Assembly (NCBI GenBank): GCA_964637155.1
Contig: CAZWWD010000002.1
Span: 29,497-53,496 of the forward strand
Direction: 5' to 3'
DNA: 24,000 nucleotides
Origin: an uncultured Candidatus Bathyarchaeia archaeon
Lineage (GTDB): Archaea > Thermoproteota > Bathyarchaeia > Bathyarchaeales > DTEX01
Shown: positions 16,239 to 24,000 of the stretch, in pieces
Layout of the letters: each line of letters opens with the position of its first letter
Position numbering within the stretch: position 1 is the stretch's first letter
Made by a program: the position numbers and the translations under genes
Notes under the pieces: generated by a model
What the model saw: the letters and a program-made list of their open reading frames with translations, nothing else
The model's database searches: none
What the model was told of the DNA's origin: nothing

Positions 16239-16269
16239 AGTAGATTATAGTTTTATTTGCTTAGCTTTA

Positions 16270-19200
16270 TTATTCGTTTGCGCTTCCCTTCATAATGCTT
16301 TTTATTTCATTCTCCATTGATTTAAGAACATCTTGATAGTAGATCTGGCCGTTTTCTATGGCGTCTATTGTCTCTTCAAGATTTCTGGTAAGTTCCTCTG
16401 AGACTAGCGATTTAAAGTTCTTTGAGAGGTATCCATAGACTGCTCGTCCAAGTTTTGTGCTGAATACCATTTTATTCTTTTCAATTATGTATCTCCTCTT
16501 TAGTAGTATGCTAATTATTTTTGAGTAGGTGCTTGGTCTTCCAATACCTTTCTCTTTCATGAGCGCTATTAGATCACCCTCACGATAGGGTCTTACCAGT
16601 GACACACGCCTAACCCTCATACTGATAACCTTGTATTCTCCCTCCCTAACCTCCTTTTCAAGTCTAATCGTCGGATTCACCATTAAAAAGCCTCGCTCAA
16701 TAAATTTCACAGTTCTGCTCTGCTTGGCCTCTGAATCATTTACCCTAAGATTGAACTCCTGTACAACGGCTTTAGCTTCACTCATTTGGCTAGCAATAAA
16801 CCTTCTGAATATCATATCGTAGAGTTTCAGATGGTCGGCGCTGAGCTTTTGAGGTATCCTTATGACGCCGGAGGAAAGATAGAACCGCAGTTGCCTAACA
16901 TTTAAGGGTTTAGTCGGTCTTATGCATTCGTGTGCCCCTTCCCTTCTGTATCCTCTAGGCTTAAATAGATCGGGATAACTCTCTTCCAAAAAGCGTTTTG
17001 CAACCTCCATACCCGTTGTTGAAACGGTTGTTGAATCAGTTCTATGGTAGGTTATTAATCCAGATTCGAAAAGCATCTGCGCTAGACTCATCGTGTATCC
17101 AACTGAGAAGCCTAATTTTTGGGCGGCATCTCTAAGCATGCTATCAGTTGTATAAGGCGGTGGCGGATAGATGGTCTCCTCTTTAAAGGTCACGTTATCG
17201 ATTAGTGCAGTTAATTTTCCATCCTTAAACTTTTCTTTTAGCTCATCAACGTTCGGCAGATTTACAAGTCTGAATGATGAACCATCTTCTAATTGTATTT
17301 CAGCCACCGGAACCTTTTTCTTTAGTTCCTCCATACGCTCTATAACCCAGCCTAAAACGGGGGTCTGAACTCTGCCAGCTGAGAGAGTTTTCATCTTAAA
17401 TTTTTCCCAGAGCTTTCTACTTAATTCGAACCCAACCCATCTGTCTTCAATTCTTCTGACAACTTGAGCTTGAACGAATGAAAGTTTAATGCTTCTCGGC
17501 TCCAATAGAGCTTTTCTCAGGGCTCTACGTGTAACTTCGTGAAATTCAAGTCTCTCAACGTCCTCGCAGTATGGCTTAACAATAGCGTATATGTCGTATC
17601 CTATTTTCTCGCCTTCAGCATCCGGATCAGTTGCAATAAATACTTTATTTACTTCAACAGCTAACTTTCTGAGCAACTCAACAACCTCTCTCTTTGAGCG
17701 AATATTTTTTGAACCACATGCTGGGCACTCATCTCGATCAGTAAATTGTTCACCGCAATTACTGCATCTTCTTATATCCGTATAAATCGGGACGTAATAT
17801 CCGTTCTCTTTTAGAACCCCATGAAATCCGCCTTCTGTTGTCAAGTCAAATATGTGTCCACCAGACGCTATTATGTTAAGAATTAGCTGCCCGCTCGCCA
17901 CCTCATAGACTGTGAAACCGTTTATGGTTCTCCTAGCTGGTCTGCCGAAGAAATACGCTATCGCCCTAGCTTTTGTAGGAGATTCAACAATTATAAGCGC
18001 TGATCTAATAATGTCTACGGCCTCCACGCTGAATTCTCCTTTACGTATTCTTTTAATGATCTCTCTGTCTCCATCAACTTGCTTAAGTTCTTCCAGGGCT
18101 CTTTCAATAGTATATTCATTAAATTCTTCATCCATTGCGAGCTGAATTCTCTTACTTAGTCCATAGAATGCCTTTTCATCATCAACCAAAATTATTGATA
18201 AGCCGCGGCTTATTCCCATAGCATAGAATCTTGATGATCTACCAGAGGCTTGTATATATCCATCAACATCAGGTATGATAAGCACGTATTCTTTTCCTTC
18301 AATTTTTACATCAACATCTAATCTCTCAGTTATCTTTCTGAAGTCCACGTCCTCCATTATTCTAACTAGAAGCTTTCTAGCTTCTCTGACAACACGTAGA
18401 ACATGACCCGCGAAACCTTCAAGCTCAATTTTCTTTTCATCAGCTTCTCTGATTCTTTCAATTAGCTCTTTATTGACTGGCACAATCTTGGATAAGGCTG
18501 ATAGTATTGGGGCTGCTTCTTTAAAGAGTTTATTTTCGAATAAGGGTGATAGAGCCTTAAGAAGAGTGAGTATTTTTTGTGGATTACATTCATCAACTCC
18601 AACCCTTATTTCTCTTCTAGGCACACCAGCGAAGACTACATATCTGATCGTTTCGGGAAGATCTAAACCTCTAGCCAACGGACTTCTATTGCTGGCAACC
18701 CCCGCTAAAACAGCATATTCGCCATTAATAAATTTCTCCAGCATTTTTGGATTCATTCTTTCGTAGACGAAGGTTTCTATTCCAGCTTCTTTCAATGATT
18801 CTGCAATTTCTTTAGCGTATTCTATACCTTTAACTTGTGGAACAAAAACCAGACATCCTGGACCATGTCTCTTGATTATTTCCACAGTTTCCCTTTTTAT
18901 GTCACCTTTGGATTTAATGAAGAGATTTGCGATGTTTCTAACAAATTCCGGGCTAAAGCCCGGTTCAAAACCGAATAGCTGCCTAAATACTCTTATGCGC
19001 TTTGTTCTCTTCCCTCTTAATGTTGCGCCTGAAACAACTAGAACCCTATTATGTCTTGGTTGCGTTAGCTCTGTAGATTTATTTGTATTTGCATTAGATT
19101 TTCCACCGCTTAATATTTTCTCAATGTCCTCTGGGCTGAAGCCCATTAGGATTACAACTTTATCTATATTCTTAGGTGATTTCAGGAAGGAATCAACATC

Positions 19201-19854
19201 ATCAACAAATATGAAATCAAACTTAATGTTCTTGATTAAATCGAATTTATTGTAAAGAAATCTATCGGTGGTTATTAGGATGGAGAAATCTTGGTTTGTG
19301 ATGCGCTCAAGTGTTTCTTTAATCTGTTTCCTTCTCATCGTGGAATAGTATCCTATAACTATTGGGCTCGGCATACCTTTTTCAGCCATTATCCTTAGGA
19401 AAATGGAGGCTTTTTCCAGTAGATGCTCAACTAGGAGACTTGTCGGCACAATAATATAGCTCTTTCTACCCTTTCTGGCCAAATACAGCGCCATCATAAG
19501 TCCGAAAAGAGTTTTGCCGATGCCTGTCGGAGCAACTATTGAAAAGCTCCGTCCCATCAAAACGCGTTTAGACCAAACCTCTTGGAGAGCCCAAGGTCTA
19601 GAACCCACAAGCGAACTGAAAAATTTGGAGAAATTTTTTAGCTCAGACTCTATCTCCAGAAATCTTGCATATTCACCAATTCTTCCTTTCCTAATTAGTT
19701 CTCGGTAAATCTTTTCCTTATCTATTAAGGGTGTTGGAAGACATTTGCTACAAACCCCTGAGCTTAGTAATTCCTGATCGCTAATGTCGCCTCCGCAGTT
19801 TGGGCACATCCCACGATATATTGCCCTTAAACTTTCAAGTGCGGCTTTCACCAT
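16270..19854 (-). CDS. rgy: Reverse gyrase
   Basis: The protein has an N-terminal Zn finger (CPNCGG...CSKC), an SF2 helicase module (APTGIGKT, DDVD) and a second Zn finger (CSNCG..CPACG). It also has a type IA topoisomerase TOPRIM/core (LIIVESPTKA, DPDAEGE, ITYHRTDS). Total length is 1194 aa. Confidence 0.95.
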   Translation of the reverse strand: MVKAALESLRAIYRGMCPNCGGDISDQELLSSGVCSKCLPTPLIDKEKIYRELIRKGRIGEYARFLEIESELKNFSKFFSSLVGSRPWALQEVWSKRVLMGRSFSIVAPTGIGKTLFGLMMALYLARKGRKSYIIVPTSLLVEHLLEKASIFLRIMAEKGMPSPIVIGYYSTMRRKQIKETLERITNQDFSILITTDRFLYNKFDLIKNIKFDFIFVDDVDSFLKSPKNIDKVVILMGFSPEDIEKILSGGKSNANTNKSTELTQPRHNRVLVVSGATLRGKRTKRIRVFRQLFGFEPGFSPEFVRNIANLFIKSKGDIKRETVEIIKRHGPGCLVFVPQVKGIEYAKEIAESLKEAGIETFVYERMNPKMLEKFINGEYAVLAGVASNRSPLARGLDLPETIRYVVFAGVPRREIRVGVDECNPQKILTLLKALSPLFENKLFKEAAPILSALSKIVPVNKELIERIREADEKKIELEGFAGHVLRVVREARKLLVRIMEDVDFRKITERLDVDVKIEGKEYVLIIPDVDGYIQASGRSSRFYAMGISRGLSIILVDDEKAFYGLSKRIQLAMDEEFNEYTIERALEELKQVDGDREIIKRIRKGEFSVEAVDIIRSALIIVESPTKARAIAYFFGRPARRTINGFTVYEVASGQLILNIIASGGHIFDLTTEGGFHGVLKENGYYVPIYTDIRRCSNCGEQFTDRDECPACGSKNIRSKREVVELLRKLAVEVNKVFIATDPDAEGEKIGYDIYAIVKPYCEDVERLEFHEVTRRALRKALLEPRSIKLSFVQAQVVRRIEDRWVGFELSRKLWEKFKMKTLSAGRVQTPVLGWVIERMEELKKKVPVAEIQLEDGSSFRLVNLPNVDELKEKFKDGKLTALIDNVTFKEETIYPPPPYTTDSMLRDAAQKLGFSVGYTMSLAQMLFESGLITYHRTDSTTVSTTGMEVAKRFLEESYPDLFKPRGYRREGAHECIRPTKPLNVRQLRFYLSSGVIRIPQKLSADHLKLYDMIFRRFIASQMSEAKAVVQEFNLRVNDSEAKQSRTVKFIERGFLMVNPTIRLEKEVREGEYKVISMRVRRVSLVRPYREGDLIALMKEKGIGRPSTYSKIISILLKRRYIIEKNKMVFSTKLGRAVYGYLSKNFKSLVSEELTRNLEETIDAIENGQIYYQDVLKSMENEIKSIMKGSANE

Positions 19855-19986
19855 TTAAACACACAACTCTTTATTCTCGCTTCTGACCCTTCAATTTAGG
19901 CGTAATTCTTTTATCGGGTATTTAAAGAAAGGCTAAATAAAAAGTTTTTAGAGAGAATTAAATGTTGGATGGAGCATTGAGAAAAT

Positions 19987-20724
19987 ATGGTTGGATTTGA
20001 GAGTCTTCTACCTTATCTTAAGAGGGAAGAAGGGTCTAAGCAACCCGTGATCATAGTTGATAGCAGAGAGGCCAGCGCAACACCTAAAATAGTTAAGGGT
20101 TTAAAGGAGCTTGGCGCAATAATAAAAATTGAGACCCTTGATAAGGGAGATTATGTGATCTCTGATGAATGTGCCTTCGAGAGAAAAACCGTACAAGATT
20201 TTGTCTACACGTTAACTCACCGATACTTGTTTGAGCAGCTCTTTTTACTGAAGGAGGCTTATCCGAAACCCTTCATTCTAATAGAGGGATACCTCCCAAT
20301 AATTTATAAGTTTAGTAGGATAAAGCCCTCTTCTGTTTGGGGGGCAATATTTGCGTTGGCAAAGAACGGAATAAACATGGTTCACACAACAAATTATAAG
20401 GAGACCGTCGATTTCTTATACACGTCAGCTAAGCAGGAGCAGTTTGTTGAGAAAAGAATCCCTGTAGTCCACCCAGCCAAGAAGGTTGAGACGCTGGCAG
20501 ATGCGCAAATCTACTTTCTTGCAAGCCTACCGAATATAGGGCGTGAGAAAGCAATAAGCTTACTAAAGACCTATAAGACTCCCCTTAATGCTCTAACTAA
20601 AGTTGATCGATGGCCTATAGATGTTTACGGCTTAGGGCCAAAAATAACCAAAAAAGTTAAGGAGGTTCTAAATAGCCCCTACACTGAGGAATTAAGTAAT
20701 AATGCTCGGATAAGGAAGAAATAA
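19987..20724 (+). CDS. xpf: Short-form XPF/ERCC4-family structure-specific nuclease with C-terminal (HhH)2
   Basis: The ERCC4 signature is present (VIIVDSRE...GDYVISDECAFERKTVQDF...FILIEG), followed by HhH motifs (LASLPNIGREKA, VYGLGPKITKKV). At 245 aa and with no helicase domain, it matches the crenarchaeal-type short XPF. Confidence 0.8.
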   Translation: MVGFESLLPYLKREEGSKQPVIIVDSREASATPKIVKGLKELGAIIKIETLDKGDYVISDECAFERKTVQDFVYTLTHRYLFEQLFLLKEAYPKPFILIEGYLPIIYKFSRIKPSSVWGAIFALAKNGINMVHTTNYKETVDFLYTSAKQEQFVEKRIPVVHPAKKVETLADAQIYFLASLPNIGREKAISLLKTYKTPLNALTKVDRWPIDVYGLGPKITKKVKEVLNSPYTEELSNNARIRKK

Positions 20725-20764
20725 AAGGCAGTGTTTTTAATCAACAATACCTTCAATAGAGTAT

Positions 20765-22213
20765 CTAGCCTTTTACAACGGCTATTGGGAGAAGTCTAGC
20801 TACGTAGGTTGCTATACCAACGGCGTTGCTAACTTCAGCAACTTTATCAACGTTCTTGTATGCTGGGTCAGCTTCCTCAGCTAAGACCGTCATACTTGCC
20901 GCTCTAACAACTATACCTCTGCTTTCAAGGTTTCTCCTAATCTGGCTTCCAGTGAAGCGTCTTGTTGCAGCTCTGCGGCTTAACATTCTACCTGCCCCGT
21001 GAGCTGTTGAACCAAACGTTATCTCCATAGCTTTAGGTGTGCCCACAAGAACCCATGAGCTGGTACCCATTGAACCCGGTATAATAACTGGCTGACCTAG
21101 ACTTCGATAGTCCGCTGGAACATCTTTATGGCCGGGTGGAAACGCTCTTGTCGCACCTTTCCTATGAACCCAAACCTTAACGGTTTTACCGTTTACTGAG
21201 TGCTCCTCAATCTTCGCAATATTGTGGGCTACGTCATAAACTAGGTCTAGGCCAAGCTTATCCGCTGGCGTCTTGAATACTTGCTCGAAGCTCTGTCTAA
21301 CCCAATGTGTAATCATTTGTCTATTAGCAAACGCATAGTTCACTGCGCACGCTAAGGCTTGATAATAATCTTGGGCTTCCCTGCTTGTTCCCGGAGCACA
21401 TGCAAGCTCCCTATCAGGTATCCTAATGTTGTATTTGTGGACTGCTCTTTCCATTATGCGCAGATAATCTGAACATATTTGGTGACCATACCCGCGTGAT
21501 CCGCAGTGAATCATAACTGTGACTTGCCCTTCATGGGTTATGCCGAAGGCTTTAGCAACCTTCTCATTAAAGATTTTATCAACTTTCTGGATTTCTAGAA
21601 AGTGATTTCCAGATCCTAGGGTTCCAAGTTGCGATAACCCTCTCCTTTTAGCTGTGTTTGAAACTTTGTTTGGGTTGGCACCAGGCATTTTTCCGCCTTC
21701 CTCACAATGCTTAACGTCTTCAGGCCTACCGTAACCTTTATCGATTAGGTATGGAACACCCTCTCTAACTATTCGGTCAAGTTCATTATAGGATACGCTA
21801 AAGTCTCTTCTGCGGCTTCCAAGCCCACTTGGAACATTATGAAATATTGTTGTTGCCAGCTCATTCAGCTTTGGACGGATGTCTTTCTCTGAGAGATTAG
21901 TTGTGAGAAGCCTAACGCCGCAGTTAATATCGTATCCAACACCACCTGGGCTGACGACCCCCTCCTCATAGTCCGTTGCTGCAACACCACCTATTGGGAA
22001 ACCATAGCCCTCATGCCCATCAGGCAGGGTTATAGCATACTTATATATGCCCGGCAGATGAGCTACATTCGCACACTGCTCTAGAGTTCTGTCAGTTTTC
22101 ATCTTTTCAATAAGATCGTCATCTGCAAACACTATACCTGGAACACGCATACCAGCCCTATACTTGGGTATCCGCCAAGTATACCTATCGATTCTCTCTA
22201 ATGGAACATTCAT
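20765..22213 (-). CDS. rtcB: RtcB RNA 3'-phosphate ligase (tRNA-splicing ligase)
   Basis: RtcB motifs are present: PDGHEGYGFPIGGVAA, GVGYDINCGVR, GSGNHFLE, HCGSRGYGHQ, VAHN and GSTAHGAGR. I prefer the ATG at 22213 (MNVPLERI). The ORF track extends to GTG at 22222. Confidence 0.93.
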   Translation of the reverse strand: MNVPLERIDRYTWRIPKYRAGMRVPGIVFADDDLIEKMKTDRTLEQCANVAHLPGIYKYAITLPDGHEGYGFPIGGVAATDYEEGVVSPGGVGYDINCGVRLLTTNLSEKDIRPKLNELATTIFHNVPSGLGSRRRDFSVSYNELDRIVREGVPYLIDKGYGRPEDVKHCEEGGKMPGANPNKVSNTAKRRGLSQLGTLGSGNHFLEIQKVDKIFNEKVAKAFGITHEGQVTVMIHCGSRGYGHQICSDYLRIMERAVHKYNIRIPDRELACAPGTSREAQDYYQALACAVNYAFANRQMITHWVRQSFEQVFKTPADKLGLDLVYDVAHNIAKIEEHSVNGKTVKVWVHRKGATRAFPPGHKDVPADYRSLGQPVIIPGSMGTSSWVLVGTPKAMEITFGSTAHGAGRMLSRRAATRRFTGSQIRRNLESRGIVVRAASMTVLAEEADPAYKNVDKVAEVSNAVGIATYVARLLPIAVVKG

Positions 22214-22578
22214 CACAAACACACCACTAACATTCTCTTATTAAACGCTATAAACTATTAATGATTAGAGTGAACTCATCAATATAAACATATATAAAAT
22301 TAGCAATCTCTGAGAAATAGTTGATTTTTGTTTGTCTGTAATGTTAGATTTCGAGTCTATCTAATGGACAAAAAGAATACGTTTAGTAGAGGAGGGGGTA
22401 TCACAGGATACGAGGGAAGGATATATAATTTTATTTTTTAATTTTAAGGTAATTGATGTTCATAAACAACAAGTATAAATTCACATTTAAAATCAGAATT
22501 AACTACGCTTTTGCATTTATTATAAGTTATTTTATACCACCCCTTAGATGCATGAATATGAAAAATGTAGTTTGGTGG

Positions 22579-23124
22579 TCAGCATTCAGACAGAGAATTA
22601 GATTTGGATAAATCCTCCCTTTGCACACCATATTTTTCCCAGTGAACTTTACGATTTAGTGGTTCTCTGCTTCGAGAGGGACTTTCAGCAGGATAACCTA
22701 AAGCAACAGTGCATAAAACTCTTAGGTTCCCCGGTATGTTGAGAAGATTCTTTATTGGCTCCTCATATGGTGTATCTGCGACCCCCATCCAGCATGTTCC
22801 CAGTCCCTGAGCGTACGCAGCTAAAAGCATGTTTTGCACCGCTGCGCCCAAGTCTTCGCGCCAGAAACTTGATTTGGACGGATCCCCTACAACAGCTATG
22901 ACAACCGGAGCCTCAGCCATAAATCTTCCCCATCTATGGATTTCAGCCAGTTTTCTTCTAGTTTCAGCATTCCTTACCACTATAAAGTTCCAGTGTTGCG
23001 AGTTATTGGCTGAGGGAGCCCATATAGCCGCTTGAAGGCATTTGATGAGTTTATCCTCTTCAACGGGTTTATCCAAATATTTCCTTATGCTACGTCTGCC
23101 AAAAATCGCTTCAAACACGTTCAT
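22579..23124 (-). CDS. Nitroreductase-family FMN oxidoreductase
   Basis: RRSIRKYLDKPVEEDKL...AIWAPSANNSQHWNFIVV...LGTCWMG is a typical nitroreductase fold signature. The protein is 181 aa. Confidence 0.85.
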   Translation of the reverse strand: MNVFEAIFGRRSIRKYLDKPVEEDKLIKCLQAAIWAPSANNSQHWNFIVVRNAETRRKLAEIHRWGRFMAEAPVVIAVVGDPSKSSFWREDLGAAVQNMLLAAYAQGLGTCWMGVADTPYEEPIKNLLNIPGNLRVLCTVALGYPAESPSRSREPLNRKVHWEKYGVQREDLSKSNSLSEC

Positions 23125-23265
23125 ATTTCGTTCACCTTCACTTAAAAAGGAATGGTTGGAGTTAAATTTTTTGGTAAAGCTTCAAAAAGAATTAACAACA
23201 GCAGTATTAAATTTTTTAGAATTAATATCCTATAATTTGCTTGGTGATTGATTGTGGCTTTATCA

Positions 23266-24000
23266 ATGGTTGAGGCAATTGCTCCGGCTACATCAGCTAA
23301 TCTGGGGGCAGGTTTCGACGTTTTTGGAGTTGCTTTAGATGCATTATTTGATAGAGTTCTGGTTGAAAAGATCGCAGACAAAAAAGTGATAGAGATATCC
23401 GTAGAAGGTGAGGGGGCTAAAGAAATTCCAAGGGAAACCGAAAGAAATACGGCGGGCATAGTTGCGAAGGAACTTCTAAAGCTTTCAGGAAAAGAATATG
23501 GTCTGAGAATAAAAATCCATAAGGGAGTAAAACCCGGAAGCGGGTTAGGAAGCAGTGCAGCGAGCGCTGCAGCAACAGCGATAGCTGTAAACGAATTGTT
23601 AGGCTTAGAATTAAATCAAATTCAACTAATAGAGTGCGCGGCCTTAGGAGAGATAGCCTCAGCTGGAGCCCCACATGCCGACAATGTTTCAGCAGCCATA
23701 TTAGGAGACTTTATTGTAATAACTTCGAGAAAACCATTGGAGGTTTTAAAGCTTAAGTTACCCTCTAACGTCGAATTTGCTCTAGTTCTTCCGGAAATAA
23801 AGTTTAATACAAGCCTAGCGAGGTCCGTTCTTCCGAAAAAGATTGATCTCTCGAGCATGGTTTATAACGTGAGTCGAGCGGCAACCTTCATTGCTGGAAT
23901 CGCCTTAAATGATATTGAAGTTATGGGGAGAGGCATGACGGATACAGTTATTGAGCCTGCTAGAGCGCATCTGATTCCGGGACTAAATCAAGTTAAGAAA
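23266..24000 (+). CDS. thrB: Homoserine kinase, 3'-partial (runs off window end)
   Basis: My manual translation from ATG 23266 is open to nt 24000 (245 codons): MVEAIAPATSANLGAGFDVFGVAL...KPGSGLGSSAASAAA...APHADNVSAAILG. These are GHMP-kinase/ThrB motifs. It is absent from the ORF track because no stop falls within the window. GTG 23254 and TTG 23248 are alternative starts after the in-frame TGA at 23245. Confidence 0.88.
   Translation, partial: MVEAIAPATSANLGAGFDVFGVALDALFDRVLVEKIADKKVIEISVEGEGAKEIPRETERNTAGIVAKELLKLSGKEYGLRIKIHKGVKPGSGLGSSAASAAATAIAVNELLGLELNQIQLIECAALGEIASAGAPHADNVSAAILGDFIVITSRKPLEVLKLKLPSNVEFALVLPEIKFNTSLARSVLPKKIDLSSMVYNVSRAATFIAGIALNDIEVMGRGMTDTVIEPARAHLIPGLNQVKK

Noticed and set aside
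18872-19255. 127-aa plus-strand ORF, together with other 60-100 aa ORFs, antisense to reverse gyrase
   Set aside because: These are shadow ORFs inside a 3.6-kb gene with unambiguous reverse-gyrase motifs on the other strand.
16270-22213. Inteins in reverse gyrase, RtcB or Elp3
   Set aside because: The protein lengths (1194, about 482 and 530 aa) are canonical and the motifs run contiguously. I saw no intein-like block such as a C/S...HN-C/S/T junction.
22261-22313. Possible C/D box sRNA (ATGATTA ... CTGA about 50 nt apart), plus a second candidate around 22453-22497 (TGATGT ... CAGA)
   Set aside because: The C box lacks the GA needed for the k-turn (UGAUUA rather than UGAUGA). No internal D'/C' boxes occur at the expected spacing. 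The second candidate has CAGA instead of CUGA.
22364-22441. 25-codon ORF in the rtcB upstream spacer
   Set aside because: It has no SD or promoter context and is too short to support from sequence alone. I mention it only inside the spacer finding.
23142-23858. Three overlapping minus-strand ORFs (105, 85 and 78 aa)
   Set aside because: They are antisense to the clearly recognisable homoserine kinase reading frame that starts at 23266 and runs off the window. Their products are Leu/Ser/Arg-rich with no motifs.
1-24000. CRISPR arrays, transposases or integrases, terminal inverted repeats, rRNA and tRNA genes, and known defence-system genes
   Set aside because: Reading both strands, I saw no regularly spaced direct repeats, no recombinase or transposase-like translations, and no further GC-rich structured-RNA islands beyond 13831-13895.

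Overview
This is a dense, AT-rich archaeal chromosomal segment. Reverse gyrase, a short ERCC4/XPF nuclease, ABCE1, ribosomal protein S6e, EndA, RtcB and Elp3 together suggest a (hyper)thermophilic archaeon, possibly TACK/Thermoproteota-like; that placement is inference. I can support 22 protein-coding genes, two of them cut by the window edges. They cover aromatic amino-acid synthesis (chorismate mutase, prephenate dehydrogenase, an Lrp regulator), an OTCase-family carbamoyltransferase, a macro-domain protein, a transglutaminase-like membrane protein, S6e, tRNA-splicing endonuclease, a DUF47/PhoU-like protein, GlyRS, Elp3, xylulokinase, a ribulose-phosphate-3-epimerase-family protein, a membrane-anchored triple-repeat surface protein, a small coiled-coil protein, a QueT-family transporter, ABCE1, reverse gyrase, XPF, RtcB, a nitroreductase and homoserine kinase. 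I found no rRNA, tRNA, CRISPR array, transposase, integrase or recognisable defence island, so most of the window is ordinary housekeeping. The most interesting signal is non-coding: a roughly 65-nt GC-rich island (13831-13895) directly upstream of the QueT-like gene. It can fold as a long hairpin, or pair an exact 8-nt anti-SD (CCACCTCC) with the gene's Shine-Dalgarno sequence, which makes it a candidate archaeal riboswitch or thermosensor. Secondary observations are an OTCase-like enzyme with changed second-substrate motifs, an uncharacterised 3 x ~100-aa CxWxW repeat surface protein, a possible ATT start for ABCE1, and a few unusual gene pairings. All functional calls come from reading the translations and recalling family motifs. 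No database search was possible.
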